64,000 nt of DNA. Source: a virus. The position numbers and the translations under genes are program-made. Location of the stretch: IMG/VR virus record IMGVR_UViG_3300008119_000039, positions 20,522-84,521 of that record; one strand, given 5' to 3'. Positions 19,215-28,734 of the stretch are shown piece after piece; the stretch's first letter is position 1, and every line of letters begins with the position of its first letter. The notes under the pieces were generated by a model. The model searched no databases. It saw nothing but the letters and a program-made list of their open reading frames with translations, and was not told where the DNA came from.

Positions 19215-19681
19215 TGGCAACAAAATATATCACTGAAATCTTAGACGATATCAATTCTGATCCTACTAAGATTGTTAATTACAAAGAAAATGGAGCATTG
19301 CGTTTGGTTCTAGAACACGCATTTGATCCAGCAAAGAAATTTATCTTGCCTGAGGGTAGTCCTCCATATAAAGAAGACACAGCACCTCAAGGTATGAATC
19401 CTTCTAATCTTCATATGGAAGCCAAGAAGCTATATGTGTTCTGTCGTGCAGATCTAAATCCTGTTCGCAGAGAAAGTCTTTTTATTCAATTGCTTGAGAA
19501 CAGTCACCCAAGTGAAGCCAAGCTATTGCTTGCAGTCAAAGATCAAAAGCTAACTAAGATGTATCCTAAAATTACACATAAGTTAGTCAGTAATACTTGG
19601 TCTGTTATTCCTGCTCCAGTTGCAAAGGAGAAAAAGGTAACAAAAAAAGAACAGGCTCCAGAGAATGGAGCAAGTGCCTAA
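19214..19681 (+). CDS. Conserved T4-like hypothetical protein
   Basis: LPEGSPPY, RRESLFIQLLE..HPSEA motif. Confidence 0.7.
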   Translation: MATKYITEILDDINSDPTKIVNYKENGALRLVLEHAFDPAKKFILPEGSPPYKEDTAPQGMNPSNLHMEAKKLYVFCRADLNPVRRESLFIQLLENSHPSEAKLLLAVKDQKLTKMYPKITHKLVSNTWSVIPAPVAKEKKVTKKEQAPENGASA

Positions 19682-19705
19682 CTGCAAGATATCAAGAATC
19701 TTTAC

Positions 19706-19734
19706 TTGACAAAATAAAGAAATTGCTGTATAAT
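19706..19734 (+). promoter_or_regulatory. Consensus sigma70 promoter
   Basis: TTGACA-N17-TATAAT. Confidence 0.8.
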
Positions 19735-19763
19735 TATATTATGAAGCGTGTGAAAGGTTAATA

Positions 19764-20087
19764 ATGAAATCATTAATTATGTTATCCTGTGTTGTTGCAA
19801 CGAATGCCATGGCACTGGACTTTGATACAGAGTGGGCTAGGTATGCCAGTGATTTTGAAAGACTAAAACAAAAAACTGTTGTGGCTACAAAATCTACTGG
19901 TATTGAAGTTACAGATAAGTCTACTAAATTGCCTGAGAAAACTACTCAGATGAATGTATTACAGCAAGTTGACCCTAAGTCTCCTGAGAGATTGGGGTAT
20001 AATTTGTCAGATCCAATTATGCGGGATCGTGTAATAGACGCATATAACAAACCCAATGCAGTAGTTTATTCTGTAACCTTGAATTGA
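19764..20087 (+). CDS. Exported hypothetical protein
   Basis: Signal peptide ending AMA. Confidence 0.6.
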   Translation: MKSLIMLSCVVATNAMALDFDTEWARYASDFERLKQKTVVATKSTGIEVTDKSTKLPEKTTQMNVLQQVDPKSPERLGYNLSDPIMRDRVIDAYNKPNAVVYSVTLN

Positions 20088-20098
20088 AAGTATATATT

Positions 20099-20638
20099 AT
20101 GAAAAAAGTAATCCTAGCAGTTGCGGTTCTCGCACTATCAGCATGCAGTTCAACAAAACTAACTGATGCTGGTCAATCCTCAGATGCAGTTAAGTATACA
20201 CAAGACTTTGGTAAAGTTGAAGTTACATTCAACGACAAGGGTGAGTGGGAATCTCTTAAGTCATCTGCAACATCTTCAGTGCCAATTTCTGTTGATGCTG
20301 GTCTTGAACAAGGTATGAATGTAGCACTTATGCGTGCTAAACGTAATATCGTTGAGTTTATTAATCAGGATCTAAAATCAAAAACAACCACAGATACAAT
20401 TACCAAAGCACTTGAGAAAAACATATCGGATGACGATGCTAAATCTAAACAAAAAGCTGCAGATATTGCCAGTGAGATCACTGAAAAGATTGCAGTTGAA
20501 TCGAATGGTATCTTAAAGGGTATTTACATTGTTGAGCGTAAAATATCCCAAGATTCTAAAACTGTTGTTGTTACAGTGCAAGTTGACAAACGATCTATGA
20601 ATGCAGCAAGTCAACTACGTGTAGCTATGGGGAACTAA
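20099..20638 (+). CDS. Lipoprotein (LPP20-like)
   Basis: Lipobox LSAC; ALMRAKRNIVEFI helix. Confidence 0.65.
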   Translation: MKKVILAVAVLALSACSSTKLTDAGQSSDAVKYTQDFGKVEVTFNDKGEWESLKSSATSSVPISVDAGLEQGMNVALMRAKRNIVEFINQDLKSKTTTDTITKALEKNISDDDAKSKQKAADIASEITEKIAVESNGILKGIYIVERKISQDSKTVVVTVQVDKRSMNAASQLRVAMGN

Positions 20639-20639
20639 T

Positions 20640-20768
20640 ATGAAATCATTTATTCTAGGAACGATCTTTGGTTTAGTTTTGGCAACTGTTGGCTTCAGTG
20701 GAATTGCTAAAATTTTAGATCGAGGTATAGATACAGTTAAAACCCATTCAGAACAACTGGCAAAGTAA
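20640..20768 (+). CDS. 42-aa membrane peptide (not in ORF track)
   Basis: MKSFILGTIFGLVLATVGFSGIAKILDRG...; fills the gap exactly. Confidence 0.6.
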   Translation: MKSFILGTIFGLVLATVGFSGIAKILDRGIDTVKTHSEQLAK

Positions 20769-21769
20769 TGAAATATACATTGCTGGCACTTTCTTTAGTT
20801 GCGAGTTTATGTAGTGCAGAAGAAGTTGTTACCACAGGATACGGTAATACGTTTGAATCTGCACTACGTAATGCAAAAATCTCAGCAATAGCAAAGGTTA
20901 CTGGAACGTGGATATCAAGTGAGCATTTTGTCAAGAATGGTGCACTAACTGAGGAAATTGTTCAGTACAATGGTGGTGTCATTAAGAAGTATGAGGTTCT
21001 TTCGTATCACAATAATGAAGTTAAGATCAAAGCTGATGTTGATGTTGTAAAAGATAATAGAGTTGGAACTAAGTCTAAAGATATTCCAACTGAAATGCGC
21101 AATACTTTACTTGAGCAACAACAAAATCGTGATAAGATTCAAAAAGCTGTAAAGTTTCTTGATAGTAAATCCAAGGCAATGAACCTGATGACACGAGATG
21201 TGTCTTACAATAATAAAGGTTCTATTACTGAGGTGACTATTAAAGGAACTATATCGTGGACACCTAAGTGGATTTCTGATACAACTACGCTTGGTAAAAC
21301 CATAGATGTATATGGCAGAGTTAATCGTGATACACATGAAAGAGTTTCTGGAAGTATTATCAATGCTGCATACAATACACCAGTAATGTTACCTGCGTTA
21401 TTTTTATATGGATTGACTAAACCTGAATCCTTGGAATTATCAGATCAAAATCAATTATGTTTCGTGAATGATTCATGTTACGTAACAGGTGTTCCTTTCA
21501 CAATGTTTGATAGTGATATACGTGTGATAGTTGAGGGTTCCAGAGATAAAGAAAAGATTTACAATACTGTAATTAAATTTAGAGATACTAATCTGTATGA
21601 AATAATTGCAGCAGGTGACGAGAAGCGAAGTTGGTTTGGAACTCGTATAACATACAATAACCCAACAGTGCAGATTAATACTAACACGCAGATGAATGTA
21701 ACATTCTCTTTTGTGTTAGATACAAAGAAGTTGTCGGAAATTGATAAGTTTGACTTTGTTATTAACTAG
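20768..21769 (+). CDS. Exported protein with FlgT/LPP20-like N-terminus
   Basis: Signal peptide; TTGYGNTFESALRNAKISAI. Confidence 0.55.
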   Translation: MKYTLLALSLVASLCSAEEVVTTGYGNTFESALRNAKISAIAKVTGTWISSEHFVKNGALTEEIVQYNGGVIKKYEVLSYHNNEVKIKADVDVVKDNRVGTKSKDIPTEMRNTLLEQQQNRDKIQKAVKFLDSKSKAMNLMTRDVSYNNKGSITEVTIKGTISWTPKWISDTTTLGKTIDVYGRVNRDTHERVSGSIINAAYNTPVMLPALFLYGLTKPESLELSDQNQLCFVNDSCYVTGVPFTMFDSDIRVIVEGSRDKEKIYNTVIKFRDTNLYEIIAAGDEKRSWFGTRITYNNPTVQINTNTQMNVTFSFVLDTKKLSEIDKFDFVIN

Positions 21770-21778
21770 GAGATAATT

Positions 21779-22279
21779 ATGCCAAATTGGTGTGATAATA
21801 TAGTGACTTTGCGTCATTCAGATAAAAGTAAAATTGATGCTCTAGAGCAAGAATTGTTGAAAGAAGATCCTTCAGTATTTAACTTGCTACAACCAAGACC
21901 AGCTGATCAAGAAGAAAATTGGTATGACTGGAATGTAAGTAATTGGGGAACTAAGTGGGATGCTAGTGTTCATGATTGGGGTCGTGATGATGATAATGAA
22001 ATTTGGATTTCATTTGATTCCGCATGGTCACCACCAACAACATTATATGAATTCTTACTAGAATCTGGTTGGGATGTCAGTGCATATTACCATGAGGGTG
22101 GTGTGGGATATTGTGGTAAATTCACAACAGAAGATGGTGATGAATGCTACGAGTATGATATGAGTGATAGATCTAGTATTGAAGAACTCCCTGAAGACAT
22201 TGAAAATTACGCTGGTCTTTTAGACTACCACGATGAATGTGTAGCCAATGGAGACTTTGATGAAGCAAAAGTGGGTTGA
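21779..22279 (+). CDS. DUF1281/YubB ferredoxin-like protein
   Basis: MPNWCDN, WYDWNVSNWGTKWD, FDSAWSPP. Confidence 0.75.
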   Translation: MPNWCDNIVTLRHSDKSKIDALEQELLKEDPSVFNLLQPRPADQEENWYDWNVSNWGTKWDASVHDWGRDDDNEIWISFDSAWSPPTTLYEFLLESGWDVSAYYHEGGVGYCGKFTTEDGDECYEYDMSDRSSIEELPEDIENYAGLLDYHDECVANGDFDEAKVG

Positions 22280-22709
22280 TGCATTTATGGATACAGCTGA
22301 GAGATTTGCTCAGCTATCCAGTGCGAAACGATTGAAGGTAGGTTCGGTAGTTGTAAAAGACAATCGTATCATCTCAATCGGATACAATGGTATGCCTGCT
22401 GGGTGGGACAACTCATGCGAAGAAGTCATTGAGGTTCATGAAGATGGTGGAGTTGTAACTAAGACAAAAGATGAGGTAATTCATGCTGAAGCAAATGCTA
22501 TTCTCAAGTTGGCACGTGATGGTGAATCAGGCAATGGTTCCATTTTATTCTGTACTCATGCTCCTTGCGTACAATGTGCTAAATTAATCCACGGAGCAGG
22601 CATAAGTAAGATGTATTACCGAGATTCATACCGTGACGAACTTGGTATAGATTTTTTAAAGAAGTGTAATATTGAAGTTATTAAGATAAAGGAAATAGAA
22701 AATGAGTAA
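22260..22709 (+). CDS. cd: dCMP deaminase
   Basis: GYNG, HAEANA, PCVQC. Confidence 0.92.
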   Translation: MKQKWVDAFMDTAERFAQLSSAKRLKVGSVVVKDNRIISIGYNGMPAGWDNSCEEVIEVHEDGGVVTKTKDEVIHAEANAILKLARDGESGNGSILFCTHAPCVQCAKLIHGAGISKMYYRDSYRDELGIDFLKKCNIEVIKIKEIENE

Positions 22710-23142
22710 AAATTTAAAAGGTACAATTACCGAGCAATCTTTAAAAGATGCATTCGCTGGTGAATCAAAAGCTAATCGTCGCTATTTGTATTTTGCAAAC
22801 ATGGCTGATATTGCTGGTGCACAAGATGTTGCATCAGTATTCCGTCACACAGCTGAAGGTGAAACTGGTCATGCCCATGGTCACATGGAGTATTTGATCG
22901 CTGGTGGTAGTGGAGATCCAGAAACAGGTTTACCTGCAGGTGATGTGGTTCAAGCATTGGAAAGTGCCATTGCTGGTGAGACACACGAGTATACAGATAT
23001 GTATCCAGGTATGGCTAAAGCTGCACGTGATGAAGGTTTTGACGAGATCGCCGATTGGTTCGAGACTTTAGCTAAGGCAGAACGTAGTCACGCTAACAAG
23101 TTTACCAAAACATTGGCAGCGTACAAAGCAGAACAAGCCTAA
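22702..23142 (+). CDS. Rubrerythrin (short form, no rubredoxin domain)
   Basis: [34 protein letters not shown]. Confidence 0.92.
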   Translation: MSKNLKGTITEQSLKDAFAGESKANRRYLYFANMADIAGAQDVASVFRHTAEGETGHAHGHMEYLIAGGSGDPETGLPAGDVVQALESAIAGETHEYTDMYPGMAKAARDEGFDEIADWFETLAKAERSHANKFTKTLAAYKAEQA

Positions 23143-23150
23143 AATAGTTA

Positions 23151-23714
23151 ATGACAACTACTAAACACGAGTGGTGGGCAACCCCAGTTTGGGAAATTGA
23201 AACTGGGTTTGACTCAACCTTTAATAATGAGTTATTGGTAGAAATTGAAAAGTGTAAACCACCAACAAATCCTTATATGTTTAACATATGGGATTATAAT
23301 ACACCAAATATAACTACACTAAAACAAAAGATACTTTCTGCTGCAAAAGAAAATGCATCACCTTATTTGGGACAGGCTTATACATTTAATCCAATAATGT
23401 CACGTGGTTGGGTTAATCGTCAGCATCCTGGAAATTCTCTTGCACTACATAATCATGGCGATGCGATGTTGGCTTGCACATATTACATAAAAACTCCAAA
23501 TAATAGCGGAGACCTTCAGCTAGTAGATCCACGTGGTGGCGTTAATTGGGATTTAATTAGAGAAGGTAATGTTATGGGCATTAAATATAAACGCATAAAA
23601 CCAACTGAAGGTAAGCTGGTTATGTTTCCTGCATTTTTAGTGCACATGGTAGAGCTAAATAAAAGTCAAACTACTAGGATTAGTTTGGCTACTAACATTT
23701 ATACAGGGAATTAA
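23151..23714 (+). CDS. Putative 2OG-Fe(II) oxygenase (TIGR02466-like)
   Basis: HNH, DPRG, FPAFLVHMV, RISLATN. Confidence 0.8.
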   Translation: MTTTKHEWWATPVWEIETGFDSTFNNELLVEIEKCKPPTNPYMFNIWDYNTPNITTLKQKILSAAKENASPYLGQAYTFNPIMSRGWVNRQHPGNSLALHNHGDAMLACTYYIKTPNNSGDLQLVDPRGGVNWDLIREGNVMGIKYKRIKPTEGKLVMFPAFLVHMVELNKSQTTRISLATNIYTGN

Positions 23715-23715
23715 A

Positions 23716-24390
23716 ATGAAACAATGGGTTGATTATCAATTAAAAAATCAAGTGCGTAACTGGGACTGGGAAAAGCGAGTTTACAAAATAGAAAATGTAT
23801 CTCCAGTTCTTGGCGAACACTTCGATCAAATCGTGAATGGTATTGAAGATGGTTCAATTCCAACCAAATTTGAAAACGTATTCTTTAATAAAGATTACAT
23901 CGCAAGAACTGCAGCAAGCACCAATGGTGATGTCAGTGAAAACGATTTTAGAACTTGGTTGCTTGAGTACGCAGATTTAATGTCTGGTCATGGTCACAAT
24001 TATACTACCAACTTTGGTCCACACACCGAAGAAATTAATAAGAAATTTGCTGAGTTTTATAAACTAAAACTAGAAACAGTTTCTGCTAGAATTCAAATTG
24101 AAAAACCTGGACAATACTTTGTCGTTCATATGGATCGCCAGCGTTATAAAAAATGGACTTTAGATGAAGAAGTTGTTTACGATAAAGTTCGTGATCAACA
24201 TGCGCACGATATCTTTATTACATTCTTAACTGATCAACAGCTTGGTCAGAATTTTACTTTTGGATTGAATGCTATTAATTGGAAGAAGGGTGACACCTTT
24301 ACTTTTGAACATCAAAGTATCCCACACTACACTTCCAATGTTGGATATCATCCAAACTATATACTTGTTGTAACTGGCGAAAAGATTTAA
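23716..24390 (+). CDS. Putative Fe(II) dioxygenase, cupin fold
   Basis: PGQYFVVHMD...WKKGD...PHYTSNVG (HxD...H). Confidence 0.6.
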   Translation: MKQWVDYQLKNQVRNWDWEKRVYKIENVSPVLGEHFDQIVNGIEDGSIPTKFENVFFNKDYIARTAASTNGDVSENDFRTWLLEYADLMSGHGHNYTTNFGPHTEEINKKFAEFYKLKLETVSARIQIEKPGQYFVVHMDRQRYKKWTLDEEVVYDKVRDQHAHDIFITFLTDQQLGQNFTFGLNAINWKKGDTFTFEHQSIPHYTSNVGYHPNYILVVTGEKI

Positions 24391-24399
24391 GGAAAAAAA

Positions 24400-25293
24400 A
24401 TGAAAAAGTTTTTATTTATTGTATTGATGGGCATTTCTAGTATTGCATCTGCAACCCAGCAAGTTCCAAGTCTATGGGCATTTAACATTGCCAACACTCA
24501 AGGCACTTACTATCGTGCATTGCTTGAACAAGCAAATCAGAATCAAACAAAGTATCAATTCATCCCTGAGCATAAGCCAGGAGCAGGTGGTTCTATTGCT
24601 GCTGGGTATGTAAACAACAGCGATCGACTTACACTACTTGGTACTGCTGCAGCATTTTTTGTTCGCCCACATTTATACGATAATGCTGGTTATACCTTTG
24701 ATCAATTCAAACCTGTATATCTTATTGCAAATAGTCCTGTGGCGTTGACATCAAAGAGTAAAGATTTAAAAACAATTTTAGCTCAAAAGAAAATTTCAAT
24801 TGGCACTGCTGGTCCTGGATCTGGAACTCACCTTTATGCATTAAAGTTTAAGGCTCGCCACCCAAACAAAGACATATTAGTAGTTCCATACAAAAGCAGC
24901 ACAGAAGCAATTCAAGATGTTCTTGGTGGTCACATTGACTTAGCGTATGAATTTCTTGGTGATGCTGAAGCCAAGGGTGTTAAAGTCTTGGGTACTACTG
25001 GCACAAAAAAGATTAAGAACTATCCATTGTTAAAAGATATGGGATATCCAGATAATGCACAACTTATTGGAATCTATCACATCTTAGTTAAGAAAGACGT
25101 TTCTGATGAAGTCGTTAGAGAACTACGAGAAATTTTCAATGAAGCAGAAAAGTCAGTAAGATTTCAAGAGTTGTATAAATCTGACTCGTCATTTAAACCT
25201 GTATTAAAAACTGATAAAGATTACACTGATTGGTACAATAATACTATCAAAACAAATAGATCTCTTATTACACCAGATATGAAACTAGACTAA
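24400..25293 (+). CDS. Bug/TctC-family periplasmic solute-binding protein
   Basis: Signal peptide, KPGAGGSIA, GTAGPGSGTHL, VPYKS, DVLGGHID. Confidence 0.88.
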   Translation: MKKFLFIVLMGISSIASATQQVPSLWAFNIANTQGTYYRALLEQANQNQTKYQFIPEHKPGAGGSIAAGYVNNSDRLTLLGTAAAFFVRPHLYDNAGYTFDQFKPVYLIANSPVALTSKSKDLKTILAQKKISIGTAGPGSGTHLYALKFKARHPNKDILVVPYKSSTEAIQDVLGGHIDLAYEFLGDAEAKGVKVLGTTGTKKIKNYPLLKDMGYPDNAQLIGIYHILVKKDVSDEVVRELREIFNEAEKSVRFQELYKSDSSFKPVLKTDKDYTDWYNNTIKTNRSLITPDMKLD

Positions 25294-25299
25294 GAACAC

Positions 25300-26109
25300 A
25301 TGAACGATTCTGATAAGATAAAAAACTGGATCAGAAGTAAAGATCCAGTTTTACAAATTACCCAATGTAAAGATATATTGGGTAAGATTTTTAATCCTCA
25401 ATATAGATCAAACAATCCCGTGCACGCCACGGATATGTCAAAACCATTTCATTTTTTAATTGATATAAAAACCAATAGGATTATGCTGGCTACGCATAAT
25501 TCCGAATTGATTAGAATACTATCAAGAATACCAAATACATTTCAAGTTTATAATATTACTGTTAGCCAAATACCTGGATGTAAAGACTGGAAGCTAAATG
25601 AACATTTTGATTTTGAGTATCCTTGGAATTCAAAATCACTAGACGTTCAATTCTTTATCAATGCTAGCGAACTTGCTGTAGAACCACTAACTTCTGATCA
25701 GATCTATTATTATTTTCTAATTCAACAAAAAGCTGTTTTGATAAGTGTAATATTAGCCATTCTTGAATCTATGAGATTGGATTGCAATGTTAGCGACAAT
25801 ACATATCAAGAATCAATATACCGAGAGAAGTATGAGCAAGCATTAAAAGTTATTGAGAATAATATTTTTCACGATTATGAAAATGAATATTATTATGTTA
25901 CTGACTGGGCTTCTATTAAAGAATTAGATTTGGTTTCTGCAGCAAGAGATATTAAACTCAATCACGATTTACTACACCATAGACTGTCTAAGATAGAATA
26001 TGCTAGACTTATGTTTATTGACAAGATACGTAAAGAAGAAACTCTAAGCAATTTACCTGTAATTCTAAAAGAGTTTAGAATGTTTAACTTTGGATATTTA
26101 AAATTATGA
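25300..26109 (+). CDS. Hypothetical protein
   Basis: 269-aa ORF coupled to the next gene. Confidence 0.6.
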   Translation: MNDSDKIKNWIRSKDPVLQITQCKDILGKIFNPQYRSNNPVHATDMSKPFHFLIDIKTNRIMLATHNSELIRILSRIPNTFQVYNITVSQIPGCKDWKLNEHFDFEYPWNSKSLDVQFFINASELAVEPLTSDQIYYYFLIQQKAVLISVILAILESMRLDCNVSDNTYQESIYREKYEQALKVIENNIFHDYENEYYYVTDWASIKELDLVSAARDIKLNHDLLHHRLSKIEYARLMFIDKIRKEETLSNLPVILKEFRMFNFGYLKL

Positions 26110-27245
26110 ACAACATTATCGCATATAATAGTGTTTATTATTTTGATAGAGAGTTTAGTGAAATATACCCTCAGCTATCACATATGAACGATGTTAGATT
26201 GTTTGGTGGATTATTTTATCTTTATGCTAGAAATATGTCTATCAATGATAGAACAGAAACTATCCAGATACCATTGAAAACAACAGTGCTTGATTACTGT
26301 AGGTTGCCAAAATTTGAAGTTAAAGATATTGACTTCGAACTTATTTGTAATAATAGAGCAAGATTGTTAATGGATCAAGCTAAACAAGGCAACCGTAAAA
26401 TAGCAATTATGTGGAGTGGTGGCGTAGACAGTACACTAATTGCTACATCATTATTGAAAACTTGTACTAAAGATGAGCTAAAAGAAAACTGCGTAGTATT
26501 ACTTTCTCAAGATTCTATTATTGAGAATCCAGCTTTTTATGATAAGCATATACTACCAAACTTTGAACTGATGGCAGCAAATAACTTTGCTCACATAATG
26601 GGCAACGACAAATACTTATATGTAACAGGCGAAGGTAATGACCAATTATTTGCCAGCTTGTTTGTAATTGAAGCATTTAAGGTTTTTCATAAAGATCCTG
26701 AAAGTCCATATAAAGAAATTTCAGATAGTCTTATGATTCCATTCATACAACATAGAACTTCTTTTAATGAAAAAGATTCTACAAAGTTGTATAGAATCTT
26801 AGAGAAACTTTGTGTAGCATCCCCAGTTAAAATTCAAACTCCGTATCAATTTTTCTGGTGGTGTAATTTTGCATTGAAGTGGCAAAATGTATATGTTCGT
26901 TCTATGTTGTTTAGTCATCCAATAAATCGAAACAATATTAAACCTGAGATTAACTATACTACGTTTTTCCACAATGATGAGTTCCAGCAATGGACTATGA
27001 ATACTGTAAACAAGCATGGTAGAATAGGTAAAGATGATACCAACCATTCTTATAAAGAAGTGTGTAAAGAGATCATATATGAATATGATGGTAACTTAGA
27101 TTACAGAAAGAATAAAAATAAGTATGGTAGTTTCGGTAAAGTTATTATGAGTAAACACGCATCTAACTTTGTATTGGAAGATATATCGTTTTACAAGGAT
27201 ATTGATTTTATGGAAATGTATAACCCCATAAACGATTTCGTATAA
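26106..27245 (+). CDS. PP-loop ATPase, asparagine-synthetase C-domain-like
   Basis: WSGGVDST, VTGEGNDQLF; no glutaminase domain evident. Confidence 0.75.
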   Translation: MNNIIAYNSVYYFDREFSEIYPQLSHMNDVRLFGGLFYLYARNMSINDRTETIQIPLKTTVLDYCRLPKFEVKDIDFELICNNRARLLMDQAKQGNRKIAIMWSGGVDSTLIATSLLKTCTKDELKENCVVLLSQDSIIENPAFYDKHILPNFELMAANNFAHIMGNDKYLYVTGEGNDQLFASLFVIEAFKVFHKDPESPYKEISDSLMIPFIQHRTSFNEKDSTKLYRILEKLCVASPVKIQTPYQFFWWCNFALKWQNVYVRSMLFSHPINRNNIKPEINYTTFFHNDEFQQWTMNTVNKHGRIGKDDTNHSYKEVCKEIIYEYDGNLDYRKNKNKYGSFGKVIMSKHASNFVLEDISFYKDIDFMEMYNPINDFV

Positions 27246-27253
27246 ATAGAGTT

Positions 27254-27643
27254 ATGGCATACTCAGATAAAGTAATAGATCACTACGAAAACCCACGAAA
27301 TGTGGGTTCTTTCTCCAAAGAAGAGGAAGGTGTAGGAACAGGCATGGTTGGCGCACCAGCGTGTGGCGACGTGATGAAACTTCAAATTAAGGTGGATGCA
27401 GATGGCATTATTAGAGATGCTCGTTTCAAGACATATGGCTGCGGTTCAGCAATCGCCAGTTCGTCGCTGGTTACAGAGTTGGTTAAGGGTATGCACATTG
27501 ATGCTGCTAGTAGCATATCTAACTCTGAAATCGCACAAGAACTAGCCTTACCTCCAGTAAAGATTCACTGCTCAATCCTAGCAGAAGATGCCATCAAAGC
27601 AGCAGTTGCAGATTATAAAGCAAAGAATGATAACACTAACTGA
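27254..27643 (+). CDS. iscU: Fe-S cluster scaffold IscU
   Basis: DHYENPRNVG, APACGD, GCGSAIASS, LPPVKIHCSILAEDA; TATAAATA at 27241. Confidence 0.97.
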   Translation: MAYSDKVIDHYENPRNVGSFSKEEEGVGTGMVGAPACGDVMKLQIKVDADGIIRDARFKTYGCGSAIASSSLVTELVKGMHIDAASSISNSEIAQELALPPVKIHCSILAEDAIKAAVADYKAKNDNTN

Positions 27644-27947
27644 GATTGCAGCAGCAAAGATTACATCTCATCTATCTAAAAGAAAAACTGGAATTGGAAT
27701 TAGGTTAGGTGTTAGAACAACAGGGTGTTCTGGCTTGGCTTACATTTTAGAATACGCTGACAAGTTGGAAGATACAGATGTTGTTTATGAAGATCGTGGC
27801 ATAAAATTGATTGTCGATCCAAAAAGTTTAGTATACCTAAGTGGAATGATAGTTGATTATGTACGAAATGGTCTGAACGAAGGATTTGAATTCAGTAACC
27901 CAAATGAACGTGACCGATGTGGTTGCGGAGAAAGTTTCAGGATATGA
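27627..27947 (+). CDS. iscA: A-type Fe-S carrier IscA
   Basis: TTGCSGLAY, CGCGESF. Confidence 0.93.
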   Translation: MITLTEIAAAKITSHLSKRKTGIGIRLGVRTTGCSGLAYILEYADKLEDTDVVYEDRGIKLIVDPKSLVYLSGMIVDYVRNGLNEGFEFSNPNERDRCGCGESFRI

Positions 27948-28249
27948 TAACAATCACAGAAAACGCTACTGCTAAAATTACAGACTTGCTGGCTGAACAC
28001 CAAGAACCATACATGCGCATTTCAGTTAAGGGTGGTGGATGTTCAGGTTTCTCATACGCATTTGGTTTTGAGTCACTTAAAGATGAAAGTGACTTTGAAC
28101 TCGGTACAGTTCTTGTAGATTCTATGAGCATGCAATACTTGCAGGGTGGTACTGTTGACTATACTGAGGACTTGATGGGTGCTGCATTTAAAGTGTCTAA
28201 TCCAAACGCAACTTCTACTTGTGGTTGTGGCTCCAGCTTTGCAGCATAA
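27944..28249 (+). CDS. erpA: A-type Fe-S carrier, ErpA-like
   Basis: GGGCSGFSY, VDSMSMQYL, NPNATSTCGCGSSF. Confidence 0.88.
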   Translation: MITITENATAKITDLLAEHQEPYMRISVKGGGCSGFSYAFGFESLKDESDFELGTVLVDSMSMQYLQGGTVDYTEDLMGAAFKVSNPNATSTCGCGSSFAA

Positions 28250-28254
28250 AATAC

Positions 28255-28283
28255 TTTACTTTAATTCAATAAAGGTGTATAAT
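28255..28283 (+). promoter_or_regulatory. sigma70-type promoter for tRNA array
   Basis: TTTACTTTAATT...TATAAT, 17-bp spacer. Confidence 0.75.
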
Positions 28284-28431
28284 TCTTACGTGAACTCGAA
28301 AATGATATCCTTAGGTAATAAGCATCTACCACTACTAAGTGGTTGGGGATGTCCACACCCACAGTATACATTTGCGATTGAGTTAGATAGTGGGGTTCTG
28401 TAAATGTCTCAATATAACTAAGGAGAAACAT

Positions 28432-28479
28432 ATGTCAGTAGAAGAATATTGGAAATGGATTCACGATAACGTACAATAA
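28432..28479 (+). CDS. 15-aa micro-ORF MSVEEYWKWIHDNVQ
   Basis: Strong SD AAGGAG at normal spacing; ends 6 nt before first tRNA. Confidence 0.4.
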   Translation: MSVEEYWKWIHDNVQ

Positions 28480-28485
28480 AAATTT

Positions 28486-28570
28486 GCGACTGTGGTGAAA
28501 TAGGTAGACACAAGAGACTTAAAATCTCTCGCTGCAGAGCGTACCAGTTCGATTCTGGTCAGTCGCACCA
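28486..28570 (+). tRNA. tRNA-Leu(TAA)
   Basis: Cloverleaf, long variable arm, AGAGA-CT-TAA-AA-TCTCT, encoded CCA. Confidence 0.95.
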
Positions 28571-28575
28571 AATTT

Positions 28576-28652
28576 GTCTCGTTAGCTCAGTTGGATAGAG
28601 CAACAGCCTTCTAAGCTGTGGGTCAGGAGTTCGAATCTCTTACGAGACGCCA
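28576..28652 (+). tRNA. tRNA-Arg(TCT)
   Basis: ACAGC-CT-TCT-AA-GCTGT, TTCGAAT loop, CCA. Confidence 0.95.
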
Positions 28653-28659
28653 AGTTGTT

Positions 28660-28734
28660 GGGCTGATAGCTTAATGGTAAAGCGTTCGACTCATAATCGA
28701 TTGAGTGAGAGTTCAATTCTCTCTCAGCCCACCA
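28660..28734 (+). tRNA. tRNA(CAT), probably Ile2 (lysidine)
   Basis: CGACTCATAATCG anticodon arm resembling Ile2; G1-C72 paired; CCA. Confidence 0.85.
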
